Of a DNA stretch of 64,000 nt, positions 34,705-45,939 are shown piece after piece. The stretch spans positions 9,987 to 73,986 of the forward strand of contig JASGMJ010000022.1 of NCBI GenBank assembly GCA_030156535.1, given 5' to 3'. The translations under genes and the position numbers were made by a program. The notes beneath the pieces were generated by a model, which worked only from the letters and a program-made list of their open reading frames with translations, had not been told where the DNA came from and did not search any database. Positions within the stretch are counted from its first letter, which is position 1, and each line of letters opens with the position of its first letter. This DNA is from Candidatus Sumerlaeota bacterium (lineage in GTDB: Bacteria > Sumerlaeota > Sumerlaeia > SLMS01 > JAHLLQ01).

Positions 34705-36816
34705 ATGAAAACGGTTCAGTTTGTCTTCGCCCTGCACGACCACCAGCCGGTCGGTAATTTCGACGGCGTGTTCGCCGATGCCTACGAGAAGGCCTACCTG
34801 CCTTTTCTGGACCTGCTGGAAATCTACAAGGGCTTCCGCGCGGTGCTGCATCACACCGGCCCACTGCTGGAGTGGATCGAGGAAAACCGCCCGGATTACC
34901 TGAAGCGGCTGGCGCGTCTGGTTGCCAGCGGACAGGTGGAACTGCTGGGCGGGGCGTTCTACGAGCCGATCCTTCCCGTGATTCCCGAGGCAGACCAGGT
35001 GGGCCAGATCCTGAAAATGTCGGACTGGCTGGAGAAGCGCTTTGGCACGCGCCCGCGCGGCATGTGGCTGGCCGAGCGCGTGTGGGAGCCGACGCTGCCG
35101 ACGGCGATGGCAAAGGCCGGGATCGAGTACACGGTGCTCGACGACTCGCACTTCGCCTCCGTCGGTGTCCGGCCCGAGCAGGCGCTGGGCTATTTCCTCA
35201 CCGAGGACCAGGGCAACGCGGTCGCCGTCTTTCCGATCAACGAGGCCGTGCGCCACCGCATTCCCTATGCCCAGCCCGACGAGACGATCCACTACCTGCG
35301 CGAGATGAGTGACGCGCAGGCGGCGCGCACCGTCGTGATGGCAGACGACGGCGAAAAGTTCGGCGTGTGGCCCGATTCGCACTGGTACTGCTACCAGGAC
35401 GGCTGGATGTACCGCTTCGTCGAGAAGGTGGTGAACAACCGCGACTGGATTCAGATGAAGACGTTCTCCGAGGTGCTCGACACCACGGAACCGCTCGGGC
35501 GTGTGTACCTGCCCACGGCATCGTACAGCGAGATGATGCAGTGGGCGATGCCCCCGGAGGCGAGCAACGAACTCGACGAAATCAAGAACGACCTGAAGGA
35601 GCGCGGTGCCTACGACCGCGCCCATACCTATGTGCGTGGCGGCTTCTGGCGCTCGTTCCTGACAAAGTACGACGAGTCGAACCACCTGCACAAACGCATG
35701 TTGCACGTCAGCGGCAAAATCGCCGCGCTGGAGGCGGAAGGACAGGGCGGAGCGAAACTCGACGCCGCGCGCGATCACCTGTGGCGCGCGCAATGCAACT
35801 GCGCCTACTGGCACGGTGTCTTCGGCGGCATCTATCTGACGAACCTGCGCAACGCGCTCTACCGCCACCTGATCGCAGCGGACACGCTGGCCGATGAAGT
35901 CGCGCACGGCACCAGGCCGCGCGTTTCGTATCTGGCAAAGGACTTCGACGTGGACGGCGCGCCGGAGCTTCTGGTGGAAACACCGGACCAGGCGATGATG
36001 TTCAAGCCCCAGCAGGGCGGCATCCTGGTGGAGCACGACATCCGCGCGGCGAACGTGAACCTGCTGGATACGCTGGGCCGCCGGCGCGAGGCGTACCACA
36101 AGAAACTCGAAGAGTCGGGCAGCGACGCGCGCGTGAAGGAAAAGGACCTCGGCAAGTATCTCGCCGTGGACTGGTACCGCCGCGGCGCGCTGATCGATCA
36201 CTTCATGGGGCGCGAGACGACGCCGGAAATGTTCCGCACGGCCGCGTACCCCGAACTCGGCGAATTCGTCACCGGGCCCTTCGAGTTGGAATGGGAAACC
36301 GTGGAGGACAGCGCCGTCATCCGCATGAAGCGCGAGGGATTCGTGACGCTCGCCGTCGGCGCGATCCCCGTTCTGCTGGAGAAGACGATCTTCATCCCGG
36401 CGTCAGGATGCGCCAATCGCGTGGAGTACCGCGTGACGAACAAGTGGGACGTGGAACTCGAAGCGCGTTTCGGCGTGGAGTTCAACGCGAACCTGTTGGC
36501 GGGCAACGCGCCGGATCGCTATCACGAGGTGGAAGGCGCGAACCTGGGCGGCGAGAACTCGCTCGATTCGCTCGGCATCGTGAAGAACACGCGCCGCTTT
36601 GCGCTCGTCGACGAGTGGATGAAACTGCGCGTGCAGTGGGAACTCTCGACGCCCGCGGAGCACTGGCGCCTGCCGATCGAAACCGTTTCGGATTCGGAGT
36701 ACGGCATCGAGCGCGTCTACCAGTCGACGGTGGTCATGCCGGTGTGGAAGCTCAAGCTGGCGCCGGGCCGCAGCTTCGAAGCCGTGATCGACTATGGCGT
36801 GACGCAGTTGGACTGA
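34705..36816 (+). CDS. GH57 family alpha-amylase / 4-alpha-glucanotransferase-type enzyme
   Basis: FALHDHQPVGNF (HxHQP), WLAERVWEP (nucleophile Glu region), MADDGEKFGVWP (acid/base Asp region). 703 aa with a long C-terminal beta-rich part. Starts 35 nt after hprK. Confidence 0.9.
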   Translation: MKTVQFVFALHDHQPVGNFDGVFADAYEKAYLPFLDLLEIYKGFRAVLHHTGPLLEWIEENRPDYLKRLARLVASGQVELLGGAFYEPILPVIPEADQVGQILKMSDWLEKRFGTRPRGMWLAERVWEPTLPTAMAKAGIEYTVLDDSHFASVGVRPEQALGYFLTEDQGNAVAVFPINEAVRHRIPYAQPDETIHYLREMSDAQAARTVVMADDGEKFGVWPDSHWYCYQDGWMYRFVEKVVNNRDWIQMKTFSEVLDTTEPLGRVYLPTASYSEMMQWAMPPEASNELDEIKNDLKERGAYDRAHTYVRGGFWRSFLTKYDESNHLHKRMLHVSGKIAALEAEGQGGAKLDAARDHLWRAQCNCAYWHGVFGGIYLTNLRNALYRHLIAADTLADEVAHGTRPRVSYLAKDFDVDGAPELLVETPDQAMMFKPQQGGILVEHDIRAANVNLLDTLGRRREAYHKKLEESGSDARVKEKDLGKYLAVDWYRRGALIDHFMGRETTPEMFRTAAYPELGEFVTGPFELEWETVEDSAVIRMKREGFVTLAVGAIPVLLEKTIFIPASGCANRVEYRVTNKWDVELEARFGVEFNANLLAGNAPDRYHEVEGANLGGENSLDSLGIVKNTRRFALVDEWMKLRVQWELSTPAEHWRLPIETVSDSEYGIERVYQSTVVMPVWKLKLAPGRSFEAVIDYGVTQLD

Positions 36817-36824
36817 AACGGCAT

Positions 36825-38012
36825 TCAGTCCCTCCGCCGCAGCCACTCTCCCACGCGCGCAATGGCGCCCGCGTTGGTGTTGGCAACCGTGGTCACAAGC
36901 CACTGCCCGTCCAGCCGGTAGAGTCCGCCGGGATGCGTGAGCACGCCCGCGTCGCGCACGAGGCCGAGGGCTGCCTGCTCCGCGTCTTGCTCCGTCCCCA
37001 ATTTCACGGGAAGGTACACGCCCCCTTCGGGGAGAGCCGTTTCGATGCCCGCAGCGCGCCACGCGGCGACGCACGTTTGCATCCGCGCGCGCCACAGGGC
37101 GGCCAGGCGTTCGGCTTCCGTTGCGAGCGCCTCCATGAGCAGGGGCAACGCGCCCTGAACGGCTTCGTTGACGGGGAGGAAGGTGTCCGAGAGGTACTCC
37201 GCAGCGGCGAGAAAACTCCGGCGGCGCTCTTCATCGCCTTCGACGACCATCCAGCCGGCCTTCAGTCCGGGGAGCGACGCCATCTTGGACAAGCCGTTGA
37301 GCGTCACGCACAGCGGCGCCCCAAACGCCGATGGCCGGGGAACGCTGCCAGCGCCGTGCAGCACCGTGCGGAAGACCTCGTCGAGCACGACGGCGATGCC
37401 CCGTTCGCGCGCGAAGACGGCCAGCGCGCGCAGTTCCTCCGCAGAGGCCACCGAGCCCGTGGGGTTGTGCGGTGAAACGACAACGATGACGCGGGTGCGC
37501 GGCGTGGCCTGGAATGCGACTTCCTCCACGTCGATGCCCCAGTGCCCTTCGCCGCCGGGCCGCATGTGATAATGCCGGACGCGCGCGCCCGCCAGCATCG
37601 CCAGATCGTCGAAGAGCGGGTAGGTGGGCGCGGGGCAGAGGACGTCGTCGCCCGGCTCGCACAGCAGGCGGAAGCAGTACCAGTAGGCCAGGCTCGTTCC
37701 GGGAGTGAGCAGCACCTCGCCGGGCGTGACACCGCCATGCCACCGGGCGACGGCTTCGCGGGCCAGCGCATTGCCGCGTGCGTCGGGCCGGTACGTGGCC
37801 GTGGCGCGCAGGCCGTGACGCAGTGCGTCCTCCAGAACGGCGGGGGGGAAGACGATGCCGTGCTCGTGCGGGTTGGCGGTGACGAGATCGTCAACGGGGA
37901 GGCCCGCCGCCCGGCGCTGCTCCGCCGCGCGGAGAAGCTCCGACGCCTCGCCTGCTCCCCATTCGTCGATCAGCCGCACGGGATCGTTTCTCCGCGGAAA
38001 GTCGGCACGCAC
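36825..38012 (-). CDS. Class I/II PLP-dependent aminotransferase
   Basis: VVSPHNPTGSV and Lys motif LNGLSKMASLPGLKAGW. 395 aa, GTG start. Confidence 0.85.
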   Translation of the reverse strand: MRADFPRRNDPVRLIDEWGAGEASELLRAAEQRRAAGLPVDDLVTANPHEHGIVFPPAVLEDALRHGLRATATYRPDARGNALAREAVARWHGGVTPGEVLLTPGTSLAYWYCFRLLCEPGDDVLCPAPTYPLFDDLAMLAGARVRHYHMRPGGEGHWGIDVEEVAFQATPRTRVIVVVSPHNPTGSVASAEELRALAVFARERGIAVVLDEVFRTVLHGAGSVPRPSAFGAPLCVTLNGLSKMASLPGLKAGWMVVEGDEERRRSFLAAAEYLSDTFLPVNEAVQGALPLLMEALATEAERLAALWRARMQTCVAAWRAAGIETALPEGGVYLPVKLGTEQDAEQAALGLVRDAGVLTHPGGLYRLDGQWLVTTVANTNAGAIARVGEWLRRRD

Positions 38013-38115
38013 TGAAGGCAGTGCCTACGGGGGGAGAGAACCAGAGCGGGAAGTGCGTGTCACGCGGGATGAACGACGGTGCCTGATCCCGTGCATTGGA
38101 GGGAGCCCTCGCCCA

Positions 38116-38145
38116 TTGACGACTGCCCGGGGCGCACCCTACAGT
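38116..38145 (+). promoter_or_regulatory. Candidate sigma-70-type promoter for valS
   Basis: TTGACG (38116..38121), 18-nt spacer, TACAGT (38140..38145), about 60 nt upstream of the GTG start. Motif match only. Confidence 0.3.
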
Positions 38146-38206
38146 TTCGCCCCTTTGGGGACTGAGTCGCTAACCCCAGGAACGTCAAGCGCTGAGGACG
38201 GTTTCC

Positions 38207-41053
38207 GTGCCCGAGATGAATCAGAAGAACGAACTTCCCAAGCAGTACCAGCCCAATGAGACGGAAGCACGTTGGTCCGCGTTCTGGGACACCCAGGGGT
38301 ATTTCATCGGCGATCCCGATCACCCGGGCGAGCCGTACTGCATTGCGATCCCGCCGCCGAACGTGACGGGCGCGCTGCACATGGGGCACGGGCTGGACGA
38401 AACGATTCAGGACACGCTGGTGCGCTATCACCGCATGAAGGGGCGCCGGGCCGTGTGGGTGCCGGGAACGGACCACGCAGGCATCGCAACCCAGACCGTG
38501 GTGGCGAACAAGCTGGCACGCGAGGGACGCAACCGGCGCGACATGGAGCGCGAGGAGTTCGTCGCCGAAGTCTGGAAGTGGAAGAAGGAACACGGCGACC
38601 GGATCGTGAGCCAGCTCAAGCGGCTGGGATGCTCGTGCGACTGGTCGCGCGAGGCCTTCACGCTCGACGACGCGCGGGCCCGCGCGGTGCGCACGGCGTT
38701 CAAAACCCTGTACGACCGCGGGCTGATTTATCGTGGCGAGTACCTGGTGAACTGGGACCCCGTGAGTCTGACGGCATTGTCCGACGACGAGGTGGAGTAC
38801 GAGGACGAGAAGGGGTACCTGTGGCACCTGCGCTATCCGCTGGAGGATGGCAGCGGACACGTGGTGGTGGCGACGACGCGCCCCGAGACGATGATGGGCG
38901 ACACGGCCGTCGCGGTGAACCCGACGGATGAACGCTGGCAGCACCTGATCGGCAAGAACGTGATATTGCCGCTGATGGACCGGCCGATCCCGGTGATCGC
39001 CGACGACTTTGTGAAGAAGGACTTCGGCACCGGTCTGGTGAAGATCACGCCCGGGCACGATCCGAACGACTTTTTGTGCGGCACGCGCCACGACCTCCCC
39101 ATGATCAATGTCATGACGGAGGACGGGCACATCAACGAGAACGGCGGCAAGTACGCCGGGCTGGACCGCTACGAGGCACGCGAGCGCGTCGTGGAGGACC
39201 TGAAGGCGCTGGGCCTGTTGGAGAAGGTGGAGGAGCACGATCACCGCATTGGACGCGGCTATCGCAGCAAGGCGGTGATCGAGCCACGCCTCTCCAAGCA
39301 GTGGTTCGTGAAGATCAAGCCGCTGGCCGAGAAGGCGCTCGCCGCCGTCGACAACGGCGACATCCGCATCATCCCCGAGTCGCCCTGGGGCGATGTCTAT
39401 CGCAACTGGATGACGAACGTGCGCGACTGGTGCATCAGCCGCCAGCTCTGGTGGGGCCACCGTATTCCGATCTGGTACCGCAAGGACGACCCCGAAACGG
39501 TGATCTGTTTCGCGGGCGAAGGCGTGCCGCCGGAAGTGGCGAAGGAGCCGGAAGCGTGGGCGCAGGACGAGGACGTGCTCGACACGTGGTTCTCGTCGGC
39601 GTTGTGGCCCGCGTCGATCCTGGGCTGGCCGGAGCAGACGAAGGACCTGGCCTCCTGGTATCCGACGAACGTGCTGGTGACGGGCCACGACATCCTGTTC
39701 TTCTGGGTGGCGCGGATGATCATGTTCGGGCTGGAGCTTGTCGGAGGAAAGCCGTTCTCCGACGTGTATCTGCACGGCCTGATTTTCGGCAAGACGTACT
39801 ATGAAAAGAAGGGCGGGCAGATGGACGTGATCCCGCCGCTGGAGGCACGCAAGTTCGAGCTCGATGGCGGCGGGAAGCTGCCAAAGAACGTGACGGCGAA
39901 GTGGGAGAAGATGTCGAAGTCGAAGGGAAACGTGATCGATCCCATCGACGTGATCGACGAGTTCGGAACGGACGCGTTGCGCCTGACGGTGGCGGCGTAC
40001 GCAGCGCTGGGGCGCAACATCGACCTGGACTGGACGCGCTTCGAGGGCTACCGCAACTTCGTGAACAAACTGTGGAACGCGACGCGGTTCGTGCTCATGG
40101 TGACCGAGCCGCTGACGGGCGAGGAATTCCGCGCGGGAGCACGCACGTGCGCGCTCGCCGCGGAGGACCGCTGGATCCTGACCCGGATGCAGCGCACCGT
40201 GGACACCGCGACCCGCCACCTCGACGCCTACGAGTTCGACAAGACGGTCGCGGCGCTCTATGCGTTCGTCTGGGGGGATTACTGCGACTGGTACATCGAG
40301 CTGGCCAAGCGCCGCGTGTACAACGAAGAGGCGGACCCGGCGGGCGCGCGGGCGGCGCGGGCAACGCTGCTGACGGTGCTGGAGCACATCTGCCGCCTGC
40401 TGCATCCCGTCATGCCATTCGCAACCGAGGAAATCTGGCAGATCATGCGCGAACGCCTGACGGGGAAAGCACCGGGCGAGGAGGCGCCGGAATGGGCGGG
40501 TTCGGACAGCGGCTTTGCGAAGGGGAGCCTGTGCGTGGCGCCGTGGCCGCTGGCAGAGGGCTTTGAGATCGACGAGGCGGCGGAGGCCGAGATCGGACTC
40601 TTGCAGGAGGCGATCGGGGCGATCCGCAACATCCGCGGCGAGATGTTCGTGCCCGTGGAAATGAAGGTGGAAGCGCTGATCGAGCACGAATCGGCGGCGT
40701 GCCGCGCGGCACTGGAGGCCCAGGAAGGGGCCATCCGGGCGCTGGCATCGGTGAGTGCCCTGAAGGTGGGCGAGAAGCTGGAACACCCCAAGTTCGCCTC
40801 GACCTACGTGTCGGGGGGGATGACGATCCTTGTTGTCTTACCCACGGAGTTGGTGGAGAAGGAACAGGCGCGGCTGCGCAAGGAATTGGAATTCGCGCAA
40901 AAGGGCCTTGCGGCGTGCCGGGGCAAGCTGGGCAACGAGGGCTTTGTTGCCAAGGCACCGCCGAACGTCGTGGAGCAGGAGCGCGCCAAATTGGCCAAGT
41001 TGGAAGCCGATGTGGAGGCGATGCGCCAGAAGCTGGCGTCGATGGGCGGGTGA
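38207..41053 (+). CDS. valS: Valine--tRNA ligase
   Basis: PPPNVTGALHMGHGL (HIGH region), KMSKSKGN (KMSKS), C-terminal coiled coil. 948 aa. GTG start 8 nt after GAGGAC. Confidence 0.97.
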   Translation: MPEMNQKNELPKQYQPNETEARWSAFWDTQGYFIGDPDHPGEPYCIAIPPPNVTGALHMGHGLDETIQDTLVRYHRMKGRRAVWVPGTDHAGIATQTVVANKLAREGRNRRDMEREEFVAEVWKWKKEHGDRIVSQLKRLGCSCDWSREAFTLDDARARAVRTAFKTLYDRGLIYRGEYLVNWDPVSLTALSDDEVEYEDEKGYLWHLRYPLEDGSGHVVVATTRPETMMGDTAVAVNPTDERWQHLIGKNVILPLMDRPIPVIADDFVKKDFGTGLVKITPGHDPNDFLCGTRHDLPMINVMTEDGHINENGGKYAGLDRYEARERVVEDLKALGLLEKVEEHDHRIGRGYRSKAVIEPRLSKQWFVKIKPLAEKALAAVDNGDIRIIPESPWGDVYRNWMTNVRDWCISRQLWWGHRIPIWYRKDDPETVICFAGEGVPPEVAKEPEAWAQDEDVLDTWFSSALWPASILGWPEQTKDLASWYPTNVLVTGHDILFFWVARMIMFGLELVGGKPFSDVYLHGLIFGKTYYEKKGGQMDVIPPLEARKFELDGGGKLPKNVTAKWEKMSKSKGNVIDPIDVIDEFGTDALRLTVAAYAALGRNIDLDWTRFEGYRNFVNKLWNATRFVLMVTEPLTGEEFRAGARTCALAAEDRWILTRMQRTVDTATRHLDAYEFDKTVAALYAFVWGDYCDWYIELAKRRVYNEEADPAGARAARATLLTVLEHICRLLHPVMPFATEEIWQIMRERLTGKAPGEEAPEWAGSDSGFAKGSLCVAPWPLAEGFEIDEAAEAEIGLLQEAIGAIRNIRGEMFVPVEMKVEALIEHESAACRAALEAQEGAIRALASVSALKVGEKLEHPKFASTYVSGGMTILVVLPTELVEKEQARLRKELEFAQKGLAACRGKLGNEGFVAKAPPNVVEQERAKLAKLEADVEAMRQKLASMGG

Positions 41054-41090
41054 AACACCTGATTACGAGAGACGCACCGGAGGCTGTCCG

Positions 41091-41369
41091 ATGTTCGGCA
41101 TGTTGGGATTCGCACTGATTGCACTGGGAGGCATCATCCTGCTGGGGGCGGGGATCTGGCAGCTCGTGGAGGCCTTCAAAGACAGCGTGCTGTGGGGCGT
41201 GATCTCGCTGATTTTCTGCGGGGCGGGCGGCGTGGTGTGGTGTCTGGTCAACGTGAAGGACGAGGGGTGGAAGCCGCTCGTGGCGGGCTGCGGCGGGATA
41301 CTGCCACTGGCACTGGGGATCGTGATGGCCAACATGGAACTGGCGATCAAGCTCGTGGAGACGTCGTAA
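41091..41369 (+). CDS. Small integral membrane protein (92 aa), unknown function
   Basis: MFGMLGFALIALGGIILLGAGIWQLVEAF...GVISLIFCGAGGVVWCLV...LVAGCGGILPLALGIVMA gives three hydrophobic helices. GGAGG RBS. Starts 37 nt after valS. Confidence 0.6.
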   Translation: MFGMLGFALIALGGIILLGAGIWQLVEAFKDSVLWGVISLIFCGAGGVVWCLVNVKDEGWKPLVAGCGGILPLALGIVMANMELAIKLVETS

Positions 41370-41691
41370 CGGCAACCGCAGTGGCTTGGGGATCAACCGA
41401 TGTGGCTTGGGCATCCCGCGCAAGCTGGGCAAGCTCCGGCCTTCCATGGCGCTTTGGGATTTGTATCGCAAGACGGACGGCAACCGTGGTGCCCGGGCAG
41501 AGAGCGGCTCGGCCAAGGCGGTTCCAGCGTCCCTCAGGCTGGACAGGCCGTGGCCTTCCGTGACGCCCGGGGTTCCTTTCCATTGGCCGAGGCCACCTCG
41601 GTTGGACGCTCCGCTTCGGCGTTCTTCTTGCTCCCTTACTGAATCCATTCCCATGCACCGGCGCTGCCGGTGGAGAAGGTAACGCATCGAT

Positions 41692-42561
41692 TTGAGTCCC
41701 TCGTCCGATTCCTCCCGCTCTTCCGTTCCCGGGCTGAATACCCCCGGTGAAGGCGCGCCGCATGGCTCGCGGCGTGGCACGTTGGACTTGCTGCGGGGCC
41801 GGTTCATCACGGGGCTGATTACAATCATCCCAGCCGCGGTGACCATCTGGGTGATTGCCCTGATGGTGGAGCTGCTGAATCGCAACGTCGGGGCGCTGAT
41901 CCGCCCATTCGTGCAGGAGTACCTGGAGTTCCTGGGCTGGCCGGGGGCGATGGCGGGGCCGCTGACGATCGGGATCTCGCTGGGCCTGACCCTGCTGTTC
42001 ATCATGGCCGCCGGGATTTTGTCGCGCTTCTTCTTCATCCGGCGGGTCATCCGGATGGGCGAGGACATCGTCGAGCGCATTCCGCTCATCCGCTTCTTCT
42101 ACATCACGCCACGCGAGGTGCTCAGGACGCTGACGGCCAACCGCACGGCCAGCAAGCGCGTCGTCATGATCGAGTACCCCCGCAAGGGCGTCTGGTGCGT
42201 GGCCTACGCCACGGGCGAGCTGTTTCACCAGCCCGCCGGCCATCACGTCGTCACCGTCTTCCTCCCCACGACCCCAAACCCGACGAGCGGGTTTCTCCTG
42301 ATGGTCGACAAGGACGATGTGTACGACGTGAATCTGGGGACGGAGGACGCCGTGCGCTTCATCATTTCGGGTGGAATCCTGGCGCCCGACAACCTGCACA
42401 TGGCCCCGTTCAACGGCCTGCAAAACAAGCCAAACCTGCCGCCGCCCGAACCGCTGACGACGCACCTGCCCTCCGGCGATGCCGTCGCAACGGGGTCGCC
42501 GGCGATCATCCTGCCAGCGGGCAGCAAAGTGGAAGACCAGCCCGCCAAGAAAACCGACTAA
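41692..42561 (+). CDS. DUF502-family membrane protein
   Basis: FITGLITIIPAAVTIWVIALMVELL, RVVMIEYPRKGVWCVAYATGE, TVFLPTTPNPTSGFLLMVDKDDVYDVNLGTEDAVRFIISGG match the DUF502 pattern. TTG start with GGAGAAGG upstream; start uncertain. Confidence 0.8.
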   Translation: MSPSSDSSRSSVPGLNTPGEGAPHGSRRGTLDLLRGRFITGLITIIPAAVTIWVIALMVELLNRNVGALIRPFVQEYLEFLGWPGAMAGPLTIGISLGLTLLFIMAAGILSRFFFIRRVIRMGEDIVERIPLIRFFYITPREVLRTLTANRTASKRVVMIEYPRKGVWCVAYATGELFHQPAGHHVVTVFLPTTPNPTSGFLLMVDKDDVYDVNLGTEDAVRFIISGGILAPDNLHMAPFNGLQNKPNLPPPEPLTTHLPSGDAVATGSPAIILPAGSKVEDQPAKKTD

Positions 42562-42574
42562 GAGGAACCATGCC

Positions 42575-43930
<1,356 letters not shown>

Positions 43931-44147
43931 GCTGGACGTGCCCAAAGTCCCCGGTCTTCAGGAACTGTTCTGCCTCTGATCGCCGCCGCGAAGACCACCA
44001 ACCAAAATCGGAAAACTGAAGGCTCTTCCCATTCGTTTCGCGGAACCGCGAGACGGACGGGAATTCCTTGCGTTCGGTCGACCGGGTAGGGTGGATGGTA
44101 GAGACGGATGCTGCCGAACCGAAACGGGCGCTCCGCCAGGGAGCCAA

Positions 44148-45839
44148 ATGACGATGGAATTGCTGACGCTGCTGCGGGAAGCGGACGAAAAGGATGCGTC
44201 GGATCTTTATCTGATCGCGGGGGCCGTGCCGGCCATGTCGCTCTACGGGCGTTTTATGGCGCCCGACGGTTGCGCGGGCGAGCGCCTTTCCCCCAGCCGG
44301 GCCATCGAGTTCGCCCGTCAGGTGATGACTCCGGAGCAGTGGGAGGCCCTGCTCGAAAAACGCGAGGCCAATCTGGCGTACATGACGCCGTGGCGCAGCC
44401 GCTTTCGCGTCAATGTGCTTTGGCAGCGTGGACACGTGGGCATGGTGTTGCGCCGCGTGGTGGAGAACATCCCGACGCTGCGGATGCTCGGGCTGCCGCC
44501 GGTGCTGCGCAACATCGCGCTGGCCGAGCGCGGCATCGTGCTCATCACCGGGGCGACGGGGAGCGGCAAGTCCACGACGATGGCGTCGATGATCGACTAC
44601 CGCAATCACCTGCTGACCGGGCATGTCGTGACGATCGAGGACCCGATCGAGTTCCTCTACCGCCACCGGCGCTCGATCGTGACGCAGCGCGAGGTGGGCA
44701 TCGACACGCATAGCTTTGGCGAGGCCCTGAGGAATTCGCTGCGCCAGGCGCCCAACGTGATTTCGATCGGCGAAATGCGCGATGAAGACTCCGTGAAGTT
44801 CTCCATGCACGCCGCGGAAACGGGCCATCTGGTGTTCGCGACGCTGCATTCGACGAACGCTGTCTCGGCCGTCAAGCGCCTGCTCAACTTCTTCCCCTCC
44901 GAGATGCACGAGCGTCTGCTCATCGGCCTTTCCACGAATCTGACGGCGGTGATCAGCCAGCGCCTCGTGCGTGGCAAGCACGGCGGGCGTTCCTGCGCCA
45001 CCGAGGTGATGACCAATTCCCCCCGCGCGCGCGATCTGATCAGCCGAGGCGAAACGGACAAGTTGCGCGAACACATCAACAGCGAGCACCACGACGGCAC
45101 ACAGTCGATGGACCTCGCCCTCTATCGCCTGGTCCGGCGAGGCCAGATCAGCGACGAGGACGCGCTGCAAAACGCAAACTCGGAAAATGATCTGCGCCTG
45201 CGCCTGGGCGGCGTGGGCATTTCGCCGGGCTCTTCGTGGGAGGACCTGCAAGACCCCTGGGTCTCCATCCCCGAAGACTACATTTTCCCCGAGGACTTCA
45301 ACCCTCCCGCCGAGCAGGCCTTTGCGCCGGATTCCTACAACAACGAGGGTGCAGCGAACTTTGACACCGGCACGGCCTCGGGCATTAGCCCCGCACGTCC
45401 GGACCTGGCCGTGAAAAAACACCCGGAAAAGACGGAAAAGAAGACGGAACGGAGGCACGAGCCGCCGGAGGAGCACGCGGACGGCGATCCCGAAAGCCGC
45501 GAGAGCGTTGTGGCCCGCTACAAGGACGTGATCCAGCAGGCGACCTCGAAAGCCGTGGCGCCACCCCCAGCTGCACCCCCTGCGGCATCCGCACCGCCCA
45601 GACAGCCGAAGCCGCAAGACCCGCCGCCTCCACCCCAAGAGCAGGCGCCGCCCGCCGGGAAACCCGTCGCTCCGGCGACGCCCCCTCCCATCATGCCCAT
45701 GCCCCAGCGCACCCCCCTTCCCGTGCGCGACGACCCCGGCATGCCGCCCAAGGGCCCCCTGCCCTTCCGCCCCAGCACCGAGGACATTCCCATCCCGATG
45801 CCGGGCGACGAACACGACGAGGATTTGGACCTGGATTGA
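44148..45839 (+). CDS. PilT/PilU-family type IV pilus retraction ATPase with ~200-aa Pro-rich, acidic C-terminal extension
   Basis: ASDLYLIAGAVPAM, Walker A ITGATGSGKSTTMASMIDY, VVTIEDPIEF, IGEMRD, GHLVFATLHSTNA. The core ends near ...NSENDLRLRLGG (about aa 355 of 563). The tail is P/A/E/D-rich and ends DEHDEDLDLD. Confidence 0.88.
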   Translation: MTMELLTLLREADEKDASDLYLIAGAVPAMSLYGRFMAPDGCAGERLSPSRAIEFARQVMTPEQWEALLEKREANLAYMTPWRSRFRVNVLWQRGHVGMVLRRVVENIPTLRMLGLPPVLRNIALAERGIVLITGATGSGKSTTMASMIDYRNHLLTGHVVTIEDPIEFLYRHRRSIVTQREVGIDTHSFGEALRNSLRQAPNVISIGEMRDEDSVKFSMHAAETGHLVFATLHSTNAVSAVKRLLNFFPSEMHERLLIGLSTNLTAVISQRLVRGKHGGRSCATEVMTNSPRARDLISRGETDKLREHINSEHHDGTQSMDLALYRLVRRGQISDEDALQNANSENDLRLRLGGVGISPGSSWEDLQDPWVSIPEDYIFPEDFNPPAEQAFAPDSYNNEGAANFDTGTASGISPARPDLAVKKHPEKTEKKTERRHEPPEEHADGDPESRESVVARYKDVIQQATSKAVAPPPAAPPAASAPPRQPKPQDPPPPPQEQAPPAGKPVAPATPPPIMPMPQRTPLPVRDDPGMPPKGPLPFRPSTEDIPIPMPGDEHDEDLDLD

Positions 45840-45939
45840 TTCTTCGAGGAATCTGCCCCAGGACGTTTTCAGAGTCCCCGAACTTCGTGCCGCGCGGCGC
45901 GATGGTGTGGGGATGCAGCATCTTGCGGAGAGGGTGGCG

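Noticed and set aside
34114-36201. 695-aa minus-strand ORF
   Set aside because: It is antisense to hprK and GH57, both of which have clear catalytic signatures.
38060-40786. 908-aa minus-strand ORF
   Set aside because: It is antisense to valS.
41480-41560. GGCCAAGGCGG segment resembling the AGCCAAGGCAG part of bacterial SRP (4.5S) RNA
   Set aside because: The conserved GGAAGCAGC partner strand and the helix-8 geometry are not present on either strand.
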